DNA from: an uncultured bacterium
GTDB taxonomy: Bacteria; Auribacterota; Erginobacteria; Erginobacterales; Erginobacteraceae
Length of the DNA: 64,000 nt
Direction of reading: 5' to 3'
NCBI GenBank assembly: GCA_963822585.1
Contig: CAWGIE010000033.1
Coordinates: forward strand, 32,001-96,000
The number at the start of each line of letters is the position of its first letter. The first letter of the stretch is position 1. Below the pieces are notes generated by a model. That model saw nothing but the letters and a program-made list of their open reading frames with translations, ran no database searches and had not been told where the DNA came from. The translations under genes and the position numbers were made by a program. Positions 29,784 to 41,149 of the stretch are shown here, piece by piece.

Positions 29784-32700
29784 TCACGGGTTCTTCGCCC
29801 CGATCTCGATGTAATCAAGCATCAGACCCAATTCCCGGTAATCCTTGACCGGCAAATGATCGGCCGGTCTCCAGGGTTTGACGGTCAGAACCAGCGGGAC
29901 AACCGCCTCTTCGATCAGGGCGGGAGGCAGGGAGATCTCCACTCTCCTCTCGCCGCTCTCCAGCGAGAACTCTCCCACCATTTTCCCGTCCAGGCTTACC
30001 GTCACCGTCGCCGGGAGGGCCGAGGGCGGCCGGACACCGATATACCCGATCGCGATCACCGTCCCCTTCATCTCCTCTGCGGCGAGGGGGAGAAAGACCT
30101 CAGCCCGGGCTTCGGTCCAGCAGACAGGGATCTCGTCAAGATGCATCTCGGGGGGATAGAACCCCTCCCCCATGAAATCTTCCGCCTCCGGCGTCCCGAT
30201 ATCTATCTTCAGAGGATAGGAAAGCGGCCGGAGCACGCTGACGTGGAAAAGGGCATCGTCGCCGGAGGGGAGCAGACGCAAGCGGCTGACCGGGCGCCCG
30301 CTCGCCCCCGGTCTCAGGATCTCGCGGACCATCCCGTCTCTTTCTACTTTTTTCAACCGTTCACCCTCTAACTCGAGAAAGGCCTCCTTCACCGGACCGG
30401 CGAGGCGCACCCCGGCGGCCAGATAATACGGCTTTGCTTCCGGCAGCGGGAGGCCGAGTTCGCTGAACCATGCGGCAATCCGAAGCGAGCCGATCAGGAG
30501 GGCGTCGGGGTGTTTTCGCACCGGCTGGAGCTCCAGGCGGGAAAGATCGCGGCTGATTGCTTCCGACGGGATTTCCACCCCGACGGTCTGCCACTCCTTG
30601 ATCGGCCGGATCGGGAGAAAGCCAAGCGGCCGGCCGTCCAGCAGGGCCTTCCAGGCCTCCCCACCGGTGGTTCCTTTCGAAGACTGCAGCCGGAACTCGG
30701 CCGTGAGAAGCCGCCGGGAGGAAGGAACGGTGGGGATCCGGATCAAACCGTGATAAGCCAGGCTGCGCCAGCTGACATGATAAACATGGGAATAATAAAA
30801 TTCTTCGGAGAGAAAGAAGCGGTCGGGAATTCGGGCGGTAGCGCCGATATGGATCACATAATCCCTTTCCAGCCACTGGAGACCGAGAAAAACGTCCTCC
30901 GGCAACCCCTGATCGGAAACGAACCGTACCGTCGAGCGGGGACGGGGATGGGCGGCGGCCGGGAGGGGGAAATAGTTGACGAAGTTATCGATTTCCTCGA
31001 CCCGTTTATCCCCGGGCAGAAATGCCTCCAGTCGGGTCCGCCGCGGGAGGGAATCCCGGGCCCGGTAAAAGTTCGCGCTCAGCAAATAATCCACGGGGGC
31101 CGGTGTCGCCAGATCGAGGGTAATCTCATTCTCCGCCCAACGCCGGATCGAGTAAACGGTACAGACGGGGCGCCCGAATTTACCTTCCAGGTGATACCGG
31201 TCCGCGGGGAGACGAAGGAGAGGAGAAACGGTGAAATAATCCTGAATATACGGAATGTAGGCGGCCGCGTTGCGTTTCCCCCGGTTATCGATAAGGTAGA
31301 GATGGTACCCTGCTCTCATCAGGAGATCATAAGCTTCGCCGTAATCCGGGATGAACTGCTCCAGGTCGGACGGGCGCAGGGAATAACTCCCGGTGAAAAG
31401 ATCCAGACACTGGCTCAGAAACTTGGTCGCGAAGAGGATGGAGGGCGGCGTCAAGGCGGTATCGAGGTCGCGGCGCAGCCGGCGGGCCTCCGACACCTGG
31501 AAGAGCTTCTCCTTGTAAGAGAATTCCGGCGCCGAGGCGATGATAACGGCCGCGAAAACCGCCAGATTAAAGACGGTAAAACCATGTCGGAGGGGACGAC
31601 GGACGACCCGCCGGTACCAGAGGAAAAGAAGCGCCAGAGCGGCGATGAGAATAGCGATATACTGAAGTCGGACGTCCCAGTAGAGGCGATGGGGGTAGCG
31701 GGGGTTGAGGCAGCGGAAGAGGAAATCCCCCCCGATCAGGCAGACGGCCACGAAAATCTTAAGGGGGAGAAGCGATCGAGGGCGGGATGGTCCGGGTGCC
31801 ACCCCGGGGGAGGGCAGCCGGCCGATGCTTCCCATGATGATGATGGTCATCAGGGGATAGAGGGGAATGATATATCTCTCCAGAGGACGGACCCATCCGC
31901 TATAGAAGACCAGAAAGGTGACGATCGCCGGAAAGAAGAGAAAGCGGGTTTCATCCTTTTTCCATTCCCCGGCCAGCCCGAAAAGGAAAAGCACGCCGAA
32001 AAGAGGGCCGAAGGTTACCAAAAGATGGAACATCATCGGCCAGATCGCCGCGTGGATATTGCCGATCCCCCAGCCGGAGGTCCTTTTTGGTCAGGATCTC
32101 CATATCCGCCGGGCCAAGCGGACCGGCACCTTATCTCCGTTCTCCGGGGCGGGGGCGGTGACGGTCTCCACGTGGATCTCGTGGATCTGGGGAGGCTTAA
32201 AGATAGACCCGCTGATGGCGCGGTTCTGATAAAGGGCCGGGGCGAGCCCGACCCCAATCGAGATCACGGCGGCGAAGAGAGCGATGCCCGTCCTCCAGGA
32301 GCGCCCCCCCTTCACCAGACGGACGAGAAAATACAGACCGGCGGGAAGCATCATTAAAATATTCGGGGTGCGGATGGCGGCGGAGAAACCCAGAAAAAAA
32401 CCTGCGGCCGTAATCGGGCCGATCGCCGGCGTTCTCCTTCCCCGGAAAGAGAGAACCAGAAAATAAATCCCCGCCGTCAGGCAGAAGAGCGAAGCCACGT
32501 CCCCGTGGGGGGTCACGCTCAACTGCCAGACCTCGTCAACCAGCAGGAAGAAAAGCAGGGGCGCCCCCAGGGAAAGGGCCCGGCGGGGGGACCCGCGGGA
32601 GAAATAGAGCGTTCCCAGCAGATAGATAATGAGCAGGAGGGCGCTGTAGATGAAAAAATTGGCGAAAAAGACGCCGGGAAGACCGAAGACAGCCATGCAC

Positions 32701-32987
32701 GCGGCCAGGATCAGGGGATAGCCGATCGCGTATTTGCAGAATATCTTCCCGTCACGGAGGAGGTAGCCGCCGTAATAAATAGAGTAGAGCTTGCCGGGCT
32801 CCGTCCGGTCCTCGACCAGTTTGAATACCGGGTGATCGAGAAAGATGCTCCCGTTCTTCAGCGCCTCGGCAAAACGAATCACCTCGTACTGGTCGGAACC
32901 GATCGCCACGTAGTAGCCGAAATATCCCAGGGTCGGGACAAGGAGCAGGAGAGCGATCAGCAAAATCGATGTAACCTTATGCTCCAT
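29784..32987 (-). CDS. Large GT-C membrane glycosyltransferase paralog 2 (frameshift near 32.1 kb)
   Basis: AIGSDQY, CKYAIGYPLILA, IRTPN, ERY, FATK, long periplasmic beta-rich C-terminus ending D.RELGLMLD.IEI. Confidence 0.78.
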
Positions 32988-33034
32988 GATTGAAATCCAG
33001 AAACCAGACGAGGGTTGTATCAAGTATATCAGTT

Positions 33035-33151
33035 GATCAGAAAATCAGCGGGAAGGATATCAGGGATCAGGAAACCAGGCGGGAGCCCGGCCGGCCTGAT
33101 AACCTGATATTCCGATACTCTACCCACTGATCTGCTGATTTTCTGATATCC
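33035..33151. repeat. Family A palindrome (inverted copy)
   Basis: GATCAGAAAATCAG...CCTGATAACCTGATATTCC...CTGATTTTCTGATATCC. Confidence 0.8.
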
Positions 33152-33208
33152 TTTTTTAAATGAAGCGTCCAAATTGAGTGTCGAAATAATTAAATAAACT
33201 TTCCGGAT

Positions 33209-36200
33209 TTAGCGATACTCGATCTTCACCCGGTCCAGCATAATGCCGAGAAGGCGCTTATCCGCGGTTTCATAATAAGAGCTCGGCGACCAGAGGGGAA
33301 CGAAGAGCTCGATTTTCGCCAGGCGGGCGGGGAGGTCGGGAAGAGGCAGCGCCTGCCGGTATGTTCCGCCCCCGGGCCGGAGGGAGATGACGCCGATCTG
33401 CTTTCCGTCCAGATAAACCGCGCACTTTCGCTCCTCCGGGGGGATCCCGGCGGGAGGACTGTCCAGTATCTCCAGAACCAGTGCCGCGCCGTGACCCGAT
33501 CCGGAGAAGAGGGGGACCTCCAGCACCGCCGTCCCGGAGGTCCAGCGGCCTTCTCCCTTGTCTAAAAAAAGCTCGGGCTTGGAGAAACCCTCGGCCAGGT
33601 AAGCCCAGTCATCCTCTCCCCCGATATCGATGTCCAGATCTTCCCCGGGGCGGGCGACCACCGGCCGGGTCCGAAGCAGCGCGGGGCATCCGGAGGCAGC
33701 GGATTCGACCGTCAGCCCGGTAACCGGGGCACTCACCTGGCCCGGATCGAGGAGCAACCGCTGGACCGCCCCCCGGAGATCGTCTCTGACGGCGCGGCCG
33801 CTGACCAGGACACGATAGGGCTCACCGCAGTTATCGACGCCCGGCGGCGGGATGATTTCAAAAGCGACAAAGCAATACCCCGCTGACGGCGTTTCCAACC
33901 AGGCGCGGCGGAGCCACCTCCGGACAGTGACCGCCTTGATCGAGAGAGCCCCCCACCAGGTATCGTCGGGATAGGGTATCCGATATCCGGCCAGGGGATA
34001 GGCCGTCAGCCGGAGGCTGCCCGCGCTGCCCGAGACGGCATCGTCGGGGATCGGAAAGCGGATCGTGTCCCAGTTACTCACCCAGGAAAGATCCAGATCG
34101 GTTATCTCTTTTTTCCCCAGCCCGATCCGCAAACCGACCGGACGTTTTACTTTCTGGCCGTTCCTGAGATCGATCTCCCCGATCAGTTCGGTGTCAGGAA
34201 GGAGTATCGTGGGGATCATGACCTCACCGGTCTTCTCCCAGAGAAGACGATAAAAGTACTTGTCCTGCCAGTGGAAACGCTCGAAACCGCTGAGCAGAAA
34301 ATACTCGGGTACTTTAGCCCTCTCCCCGAAGATAATCGTGTAGGGAGACCAGACGCTCTGGACGGAAAAATCCATCATCCGGGGGAGAGGCTGATCCGAC
34401 TTGATGGTGAGAATCGAGTCCGGATTGCGGAGAAGCCGGGCGGGGAGGAAGAGATAATTGATGTTGTCCTTGAGCGCGACGTCCAGCGGCCGGCCGTTCA
34501 GCAGCACCTCCACCCGGGACCGATCGGGGTAGTCGGCCCAGATGGTTCTCGCGTTCAGGGTCATCAAGTAGTCCTCCCCCTCCTTCAGGCCGGCGATATC
34601 CAGGTCGACTTCCTTCCGGTTCCAGCGTTCTATCCGATAGAGGGTGCAGACCGGACGCCCGAACTCATGGGAGAGATGATAGTCGGCCGCCCGCAGTTCG
34701 GCCGCCGTCGTCACGTCAAAGTACTTCCGGAGGAGAGGAACGTATTTGCTCCCGTCCCGGCGCCCCCCCGAAGAGTCAAACAAAAAGAGAGGAACCCCCC
34801 GGTCAAGGATCCGCCCGCCGCCGTCGACGAGGGAAACTCCGAGCCTCTCGATCTCGAATGAGCGGATGCTGTCGCTGCCGGAAAAGAGCGAGATCAACTG
34901 GGTGACCGGCTTGGTGGCGAAGATCACCGAACCGGCCGGCGCCACGCGGTCGATCGCTTCCCCGAAGCGGTGGGCCTGGGGGAGCTGGAAAGTTTCCCGC
35001 GCCGCCAGACGGTAGGGGAGCATCCGGCAGACGAAGATGCCGAAGAGGATGATGCAGAGAATCGGGTAGCGGAGAAACTTCAGTCCCCGGATCGGCTCCC
35101 GGGCCGCCACCAGCCAGATCCCGACTAAAACGGCCAGGGCAAAAAGATCGGTCACCCCGAGTCCGTATTCCCGGTTAAGCATCCAGCGAAAAAAGATATC
35201 CGCCCCGATCAGGAGGGGACCGAACCAGAGAATCCACTTACTGGAACGGAATTCAAAGAGCCGCCCGATCCCGCCCGCGATCAGGATAATCAGGAAGGGA
35301 TGGGCGACCACCATGTACCGATCCATCAGGTGAACCCACATGCTGTAAAAGACGATAAAGATGATGGGCATCCCCAGACAGATATACCTGACGGCCGGGC
35401 GCTTCCAGCCCGTTACCAGACCAAGCAGCCCGAGCGCCGTCAGGGCCAATCCGTATATTCCGAAAAAATACTTCATAGTATCCCGGCCGGTGGTGCGAAG
35501 AAAGCCTACCCAGAGAGGAGACGGGGGTTTTTCCGCTCCGAAAGTAAAAAAAGAGCGATAGACGGCGCCAAACAGCCTCGCCGCCGGAGGGGAATCTTTT
35601 TCCCCGGTCATATTTTCCGGATCGGGGGTCCCCTCTTCATTCCCCTCTTCCTCGCCGTTCTCCTGGATAACCCCGGGGCGAGGGGGTATCATGGCTGTTC
35701 CCCTGGCCAGCTTGTTCTGGACCAGGACCGGGGCCACGCCGATACCGCAACCAAGGGCGGCCAGGAGGACAACAATGAGGCCTTTCTTCCAGTTCACCCG
35801 GCCGGCCAGACGGGTGAGAAGGTACACCACGGCCGGGAGCAGGGCCAGGATATTGGGGAGACGGATCGAAGCGGAAAAACCAAGGGCGAACGAGCCAGCC
35901 AGCAGGCAGGGCAGACGGAGCCGGGGGCTTCGCTTCAGCGACCTGATCAGCAGCCAGAAGCCGGTAATCAGGAAGAGCATGGAGGAGAGATCCCGGACCG
36001 GCTTGACCGCGAGCCCCCAGATTTTATCTGCCAGGATACAGAGCAGGAAGAGACTGAACAGGGCAAGATACCGGTTCCCGGGCCGGTTGTCATAGACATC
36101 CCGGACAAAAGCGAAATAGCTCCCAAGGATGAGGACGAGGATAATGCCGTTGAACAGGTAGACGGCGTCGTTGCCGAAGAGAACGATCGCGGCGGCGAGG

Positions 36201-36475
36201 AGAAGGGGATACCCCACCTCGTATTTGCAGTACATGCGTCCCTCGGCGGCCACATAGTTCCCGCCGAGGACAAAATAGGATATTCCCGGTTCCCAGTCCG
36301 TTTTAACATACCCGTAGACCGGGAAATCGCTAAAAAATATACCCCGGGACAGGTCCCGGGCGAAATGGATGAGCCCATAGGGATCGGATCCGATCGCGGC
36401 CTGGTAGCTTCCCAATCCTATTACCAGAACCAGCAAGAGGGAAAAAGAGGATAACCCGGGTTATCAGAACTTCAT
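33209..36475 (-). CDS. Large GT-C membrane glycosyltransferase paralog 3 (~1080 aa)
   Basis: AIGSDPYG, CKYEVGYPLLLA, IRLPN, DRY, FATK, C-terminus D.RLLGIMLDRV. The ORF track starts at 36436; the probable ATG at 36475 is frameshifted. Confidence 0.82.
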
Positions 36476-36525
36476 TGGCAATCTTTTGGAGGATCACAAT
36501 GGTGCGCCTCCGGCGCGACTTTTAA

Positions 36526-36606
36526 ACGCTAAGACACCAAGGAAAATCAAATAATGTGAACATTTCCCCTTTTTTCTCTTTCTTGGTGCCTTGGTGTCTT
36601 GGTGGC
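36526..36606. repeat. Family G nonamer palindrome (CACCAAGAC/G)n...(CTTGGTG)n
   Basis: CTAAGACACCAAGG / CTTGGTGCCTTGGTGTCTTGGTGGC; copies at 38082-38181, 51218-51362 and 54049-54075. Confidence 0.8.
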
Positions 36607-36650
36607 TAATAAAAATTCCGAAACAAGAACTTAGCGCCTGCGGCGCTACT

Positions 36651-36858
36651 AATGACGAAATCCGAATGACGAATGACGAATGAAATCCAAATGACAAATG
36701 AACAAATTCCCCATTTCCTTTCTGCTCCGCGGCGCGGGCAATGGGGGCGCATTTGGTTATCCGCCTTCGCGAGAGCGCCGAAGCCGCTCCGGCGGCGGCG
36801 CTTTGGTATTTGTTTTTTCGTCATTTTTTCGTCATTCCTCATTCGGATTTCGTCATTC
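36651..36858. repeat. Family H heptamer palindrome (AATGACG)n...(CGTCATT)n
   Basis: AATGACGAAATCCGAATGACGAATGACGAATG / TTCGTCATTCCTCATTCGGATTTCGTCATT; lone right arm at 51581-51616. Confidence 0.85.
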
Positions 36859-37068
36859 ATGTTGTTTTTTCTAATTTATTAAAATTCCGAAGCAGGAACT
36901 TAGCCCTCTCCCCTTTTTAAGGGGAAAGGGTAAGGGTGAGGGGTTATTTGCCTTATTTTATCCCCCCTCACAAATGGGGGGAGAGGGATTCAGCCTAAAA
37001 ATCAGTGTGTACTATGATCAATAAATGATTACACCACTATCAACGTCATCTCCGGCATTGTTCAAAAC

Positions 37069-37111
37069 TAACCCGATTTATACCCGCCGACAGGCGGGTA
37101 TAAATCAGGTT
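37069..37111. other. Near-perfect hairpin at the GT2 stop codon (REP-like or terminator)
   Basis: AACCCGATTTATACCCGCC-GACA-GGCGGGTATAAATCAGGTT. Confidence 0.55.
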
Positions 37112-38057
37112 AATCCAGAACCTGCTTGATGATATACTCTTCCTTCTCGCGGTGGATGGCCATCGCCATCATCTCGCCGATCAATCCGGTGGAGATCAGC
37201 TGGAAGCCGATCAGCATCAGGAGCACCCCCAGGATGAGAAGCGGGCGGCCGCCGATGCCGTATCCCAGTACTTTCAGGATTGCCAGGTAGATATTGATGA
37301 CCGATCCCAGAGAAAAAAAGATCAAACCGGCCCCTCCGAAGAGATGAAGAGGTTTCTTGATGTATTTGGTCAGGAACATGACCGTCAGCAGGTCCATGAA
37401 CCCGGCGAAAAACCGGTAGGCGCCGAACTTGCTCTTCCCGAAGGCCCGGGGATGGTGGCGGACCCTGATCTCGGTGACTTTATATCCCTTCCAATGGGCG
37501 ATCGGAGGGATATAGCGGTGCAGTTCGCCGTAAAGGGTGATATCCCGGACCACTTCTCTCCGGAAGGCCTTCAACCCGCAATTAAAATCATGGAGCCTGA
37601 TCCCGGTCATGGTGGCGGTGACGAAGTTATAGATCCGGGAGGTATACTTCTTGATGAAGCGGTCATGCCGGTCCGCCCGCCAGCCGGTGACCAGGTCATA
37701 TCCTTCATCAATCTTCTTTAAAAGAGCGGGGATCTCCTCCGGATCATCCTGGAGATCGGCGTCCATGATAATGACCCGGCCGCCCCGGACCGCCTTGAAA
37801 CCGGCGTCGAGAGCGGCCGACTTGCCGAAGTTCCTCCGCAGCTGAATGATTCGGACCCGGGGGTCGGACTCCCTGAGATTTTTCAGCACGCTGAAGGACC
37901 CGTCGGATGATCCGTCGTCAACAAAGAGAATTTCCCAGGACCGCCTCCGTTCGTCCAGGACCGCCCGGATCTTCTCAAAGAGCGGTTGCAGATTCTCCTC
38001 TTCGTCAAAAAGAGGAATCAGAACGGAGATGTCAATTGGCTTTTGCTTATCCATCAC
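37110..38057 (-). CDS. GT2 polyprenyl-phosphate glycosyltransferase (ArnC/DPM-like)
   Basis: VDDGSSDGS, RRNFGKSAAL, MDADLQDDP, HDFNCGLKAFR, GELHRYIP, and two C-terminal TMs. Confidence 0.92.
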   Translation of the reverse strand: MMDKQKPIDISVLIPLFDEEENLQPLFEKIRAVLDERRRSWEILFVDDGSSDGSFSVLKNLRESDPRVRIIQLRRNFGKSAALDAGFKAVRGGRVIIMDADLQDDPEEIPALLKKIDEGYDLVTGWRADRHDRFIKKYTSRIYNFVTATMTGIRLHDFNCGLKAFRREVVRDITLYGELHRYIPPIAHWKGYKVTEIRVRHHPRAFGKSKFGAYRFFAGFMDLLTVMFLTKYIKKPLHLFGGAGLIFFSLGSVINIYLAILKVLGYGIGGRPLLILGVLLMLIGFQLISTGLIGEMMAMAIHREKEEYIIKQVLD

Positions 38058-38191
38058 ACAAGCTCAACTCACTCTTATTTTGCCACTAAGACACCAAGGC
38101 ACGAAGGAAAACCAAAAAAGCTTCTATTACAACCCTTCCTATCATTTTTTAGCTTTCTTGGTGCCTTTGTGCCTTGGTGGCTCATTTTCTT

Positions 38192-39628
38192 TTAACTTGA
38201 AAAAAACCCGATCCGGCTCACGATCGATTTAGCGCTCGCGAGTACGCTTTTCAGATCATCCCAGTTCTTGATGCTGAGCGCGGTCTGGAGAAAGAAAGAA
38301 GGACGAAAATAAAATTCCTTGTATGCCCTGACCCGGGCCTTCTCGGCCGCGTCCAGGGGAAATTCAGGGGTCTCGATCATCCCCAGACAGGAAGAGAAGT
38401 CCTCCCATTCACGGTAACGGATCCAGCCCCTCTCAGTGGTAGTCCGAAAAAGTTCGGTTCCCGGGTGGGGGATGGCGACAGCGAACTGGGCGCTCCCCGG
38501 TTTCAGCTTCTTGGCGAACTCGATTGTCTCCCTGACGGTATCCTCGGTCTCCCCCGGGAGCCCGAAGAGGAAGAAAGCCTGGGTACGAATCCCCACTTTC
38601 CGGGCCAGGCGGAAAGCCTCCATCACCTTCTCCGGAGTGATCCCCTTCTTCATCAGTTTCAGCATCCGGGGAGAACCGGATTCGACCCCGAAACGGATGT
38701 AACGGCAGCCGGCCTTTTTCATCGCCCGGAGTACCTCCTCATCCATGCTGTCCACCCGGCATTGGGATATCCATTCGAACTTCAGCCCGCGTTTCACGAT
38801 CAGACGGCAGATCTCGAGAATCCGGTCCCGGTTCAAGCCCATGGAGTCGTCGTCAAAATAGACCTCGTCGACCCCGTACTTCTTCACGCATTCTTCAAGC
38901 TCATCGACGACGTTGCCGGCCGAGCGGGCCCGGAAGTCGTGCCCATAGAGGGTATTCGGCCAGAGGCAGTAGATGCACCGGAAGGGGCATCCCCGTGAAG
39001 TGACAACCGTGGTCGGACGCTTCCCGCGGAAGGTCCCCTGCCGGTAAAACGGACTTCCCACCAGATCCCGGGCCGGAAAGGGCAGCTCATCCAGGTTCTC
39101 GATCAGCGGCCGGTCGGGATTTACCCTGGCCTCCCCTCCGGAACGCCAGGTCAGCCCTGCCACCGCCGAGAAGTCCTTTCCGGCAGCCAGGGCTTGCACC
39201 AGATCGCGGACCGTGTAATCGAATTCTCCCCGGCAGATGGCATCCACCTGCGGGTTTTGCTCCATGATCTCCCGATGGTACACGGTCGGATGGGAGCCGA
39301 CCAGGACCGTCCGCGCCTCCGGCAGGACCTTCTTGACGGCGGCCGCCGACTGGAGATCGAAGTTGATCGAGGGGGTCGAACACTCCATGACCACCACATC
39401 GGGTCCGATCTCCTTCACCCTCCGGCCGAAGGCCTCGATGTCCAGTTCTTCCAGGATGGCGTCGAGAAAGGCGACGTCAAAGCCGCTCTGGCGTACGATC
39501 GCCACCAGGTAGGCCAGGTAGATCGGGTACTCGATGAATTTATCGCTTCGCTTGTGCGGCCAACGCACGTCGGAGCGGGCCCCGAACCCTTCACCGGGCC
39601 AGGGGGGATTTGTTATCAGCACTTTCAT
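38192..39628 (-). CDS. B12-binding-domain radical SAM protein (HpnJ-like subgroup)
   Basis: NPP..RWP..YPIYLAY N-terminus, SRGCPFRCIYC, FDDD, GVESG, GLPGET. Confidence 0.9.
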   Translation of the reverse strand: MKVLITNPPWPGEGFGARSDVRWPHKRSDKFIEYPIYLAYLVAIVRQSGFDVAFLDAILEELDIEAFGRRVKEIGPDVVVMECSTPSINFDLQSAAAVKKVLPEARTVLVGSHPTVYHREIMEQNPQVDAICRGEFDYTVRDLVQALAAGKDFSAVAGLTWRSGGEARVNPDRPLIENLDELPFPARDLVGSPFYRQGTFRGKRPTTVVTSRGCPFRCIYCLWPNTLYGHDFRARSAGNVVDELEECVKKYGVDEVYFDDDSMGLNRDRILEICRLIVKRGLKFEWISQCRVDSMDEEVLRAMKKAGCRYIRFGVESGSPRMLKLMKKGITPEKVMEAFRLARKVGIRTQAFFLFGLPGETEDTVRETIEFAKKLKPGSAQFAVAIPHPGTELFRTTTERGWIRYREWEDFSSCLGMIETPEFPLDAAEKARVRAYKEFYFRPSFFLQTALSIKNWDDLKSVLASAKSIVSRIGFFSS

Positions 39629-39711
39629 ACTATTTCACCATACTTGAATTTAACCACGAAGTACACGAAGAACACGAAGATCAAAGAAAATTATGAGGAA
39701 AAACTCCTTAT

Positions 39712-40971
39712 TTATCCAGCCTTCGTGTCCTTCGTGCTCTTCGTGGTTTTATGCATGTTCTGTCCGGGTATATCGTTATGACTATACCCTTCACACAACT
39801 CCACAAATGTATCCGCCAGTTTATCCCAGCGGTACTTCTCCTCTACCACCTTGAGTCCTTCCTCCCCCATTTTTCGGGAAAGTTCGGGATCGGCGATCAG
39901 CGTTTCAATCTTGTCGGCCAGATCGCCGGCGTCTCCCGGCCGGTAGAAGAGGCCGGTCTTCCCCTCCTCGATCACTTCTTCCAGCGCCGGGAGCCGGGGC
40001 GCCACCACCGAGAGACCGCAGGCCCAGTACTCGAACTCCTTCAGGGTCACCCGCCCCCGCGCGGAAACAATATCCGGCAGGATGACCAGGCCGATATCCC
40101 CCCCCGACATATACCGAGCCACCTCTTTCTGGGTCAGCCAGCCGGAAAAATAGAACGCGTCCGTCAATCCTTCCCGGCCGACCATCTCTTTTAACGCGGG
40201 GATAGCGGTCCCTTCGCCGATAATCCAGAACGCGGTGCCGGGTTTGCGGGCAACCAGTTTTTTCGCGGACGAGACCAGAAGTTCGGGACCGTCCTGGGGG
40301 TCGATCACCCCCTGAAAAATCAGGACCTTCTCCTTGCCGGGGGCGCATTTTCGTCTCAGGTCGCCGCTTTCGTATTTACGGAAAATCTCCAGGTCGACCC
40401 CGTCGCAGACAACATCAATCCGGTCCGGGGAGCCTCCGTATTCGAGGATGATCTCCTTCATGGCCCGGCTGATGGTAATGATCCGGTCCGATCCCCTGAT
40501 CGCGGCCGCTTCCATCTTTCGCCCGAAAGTCTGGACCAGGGAGAGCCATCCCCCGGAAGAATAATTATCAAGATATTCGAAGAGAACATCGGTCAGGTTG
40601 AGGACCAGCAGGGGCTTCCCCGCGGTCATTTTCCTCCCCCAGAGAGCCCCGAACCCGGCGATCGTGTTGTGAGACACGATTAGATCGGGACGAAAACGGG
40701 CGACCGTCCGGATCAAACGCTCCATGTTGACCGGATGGGCCAGAAGATATTTCTTCATTTTATTCGGGTCGAGACGGCTCACGGTCTTCAGGCGTACGAT
40801 CTCCCGACAGCCCAGGTATCCCTTTGCTTCCTCATCCGAACTCGCGATCCCTCCGGCGACGCAAACCTCATGGCCTTTCCGGGCGAAGGCCCGGATGATA
40901 TTGGAGATCCGGGGACTCCCACCCCCGCTCAGGGGGTACAACTCTTCAAAAATGGTTACCAGTACTCTCAT
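39712..40971 (-). CDS. GT4 glycosyltransferase
   Basis: GT-B motifs ISRAMK, DGVDL, LKEFEYWACG.SVV, TGLFYRPGD. Confidence 0.88.
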   Translation of the reverse strand: MRVLVTIFEELYPLSGGGSPRISNIIRAFARKGHEVCVAGGIASSDEEAKGYLGCREIVRLKTVSRLDPNKMKKYLLAHPVNMERLIRTVARFRPDLIVSHNTIAGFGALWGRKMTAGKPLLVLNLTDVLFEYLDNYSSGGWLSLVQTFGRKMEAAAIRGSDRIITISRAMKEIILEYGGSPDRIDVVCDGVDLEIFRKYESGDLRRKCAPGKEKVLIFQGVIDPQDGPELLVSSAKKLVARKPGTAFWIIGEGTAIPALKEMVGREGLTDAFYFSGWLTQKEVARYMSGGDIGLVILPDIVSARGRVTLKEFEYWACGLSVVAPRLPALEEVIEEGKTGLFYRPGDAGDLADKIETLIADPELSRKMGEEGLKVVEEKYRWDKLADTFVELCEGYSHNDIPGQNMHKTTKSTKDTKAG

Positions 40972-41149
40972 AGAACTCAGCCCTATATAATTTTTAACTC
41001 AGTTATGAGAGAAGCGGCTGGTTAGGGTTAGTGGGAGATTCAGGTTCAGGTTCAGGAGGGCCTCTCTACTGTCTCTGCTTCTGATGATTTGATCTTCTGA
41101 TTTTCGATACGCATTATTTTACCAATCTCTAATTCGGTTCCAGCCTGAA

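Noticed and set aside
30510..32357. 615-aa plus-strand ORF and other long antisense ORFs
   Set aside because: They are shadows of GC-rich minus-strand genes and show no recognisable motifs.
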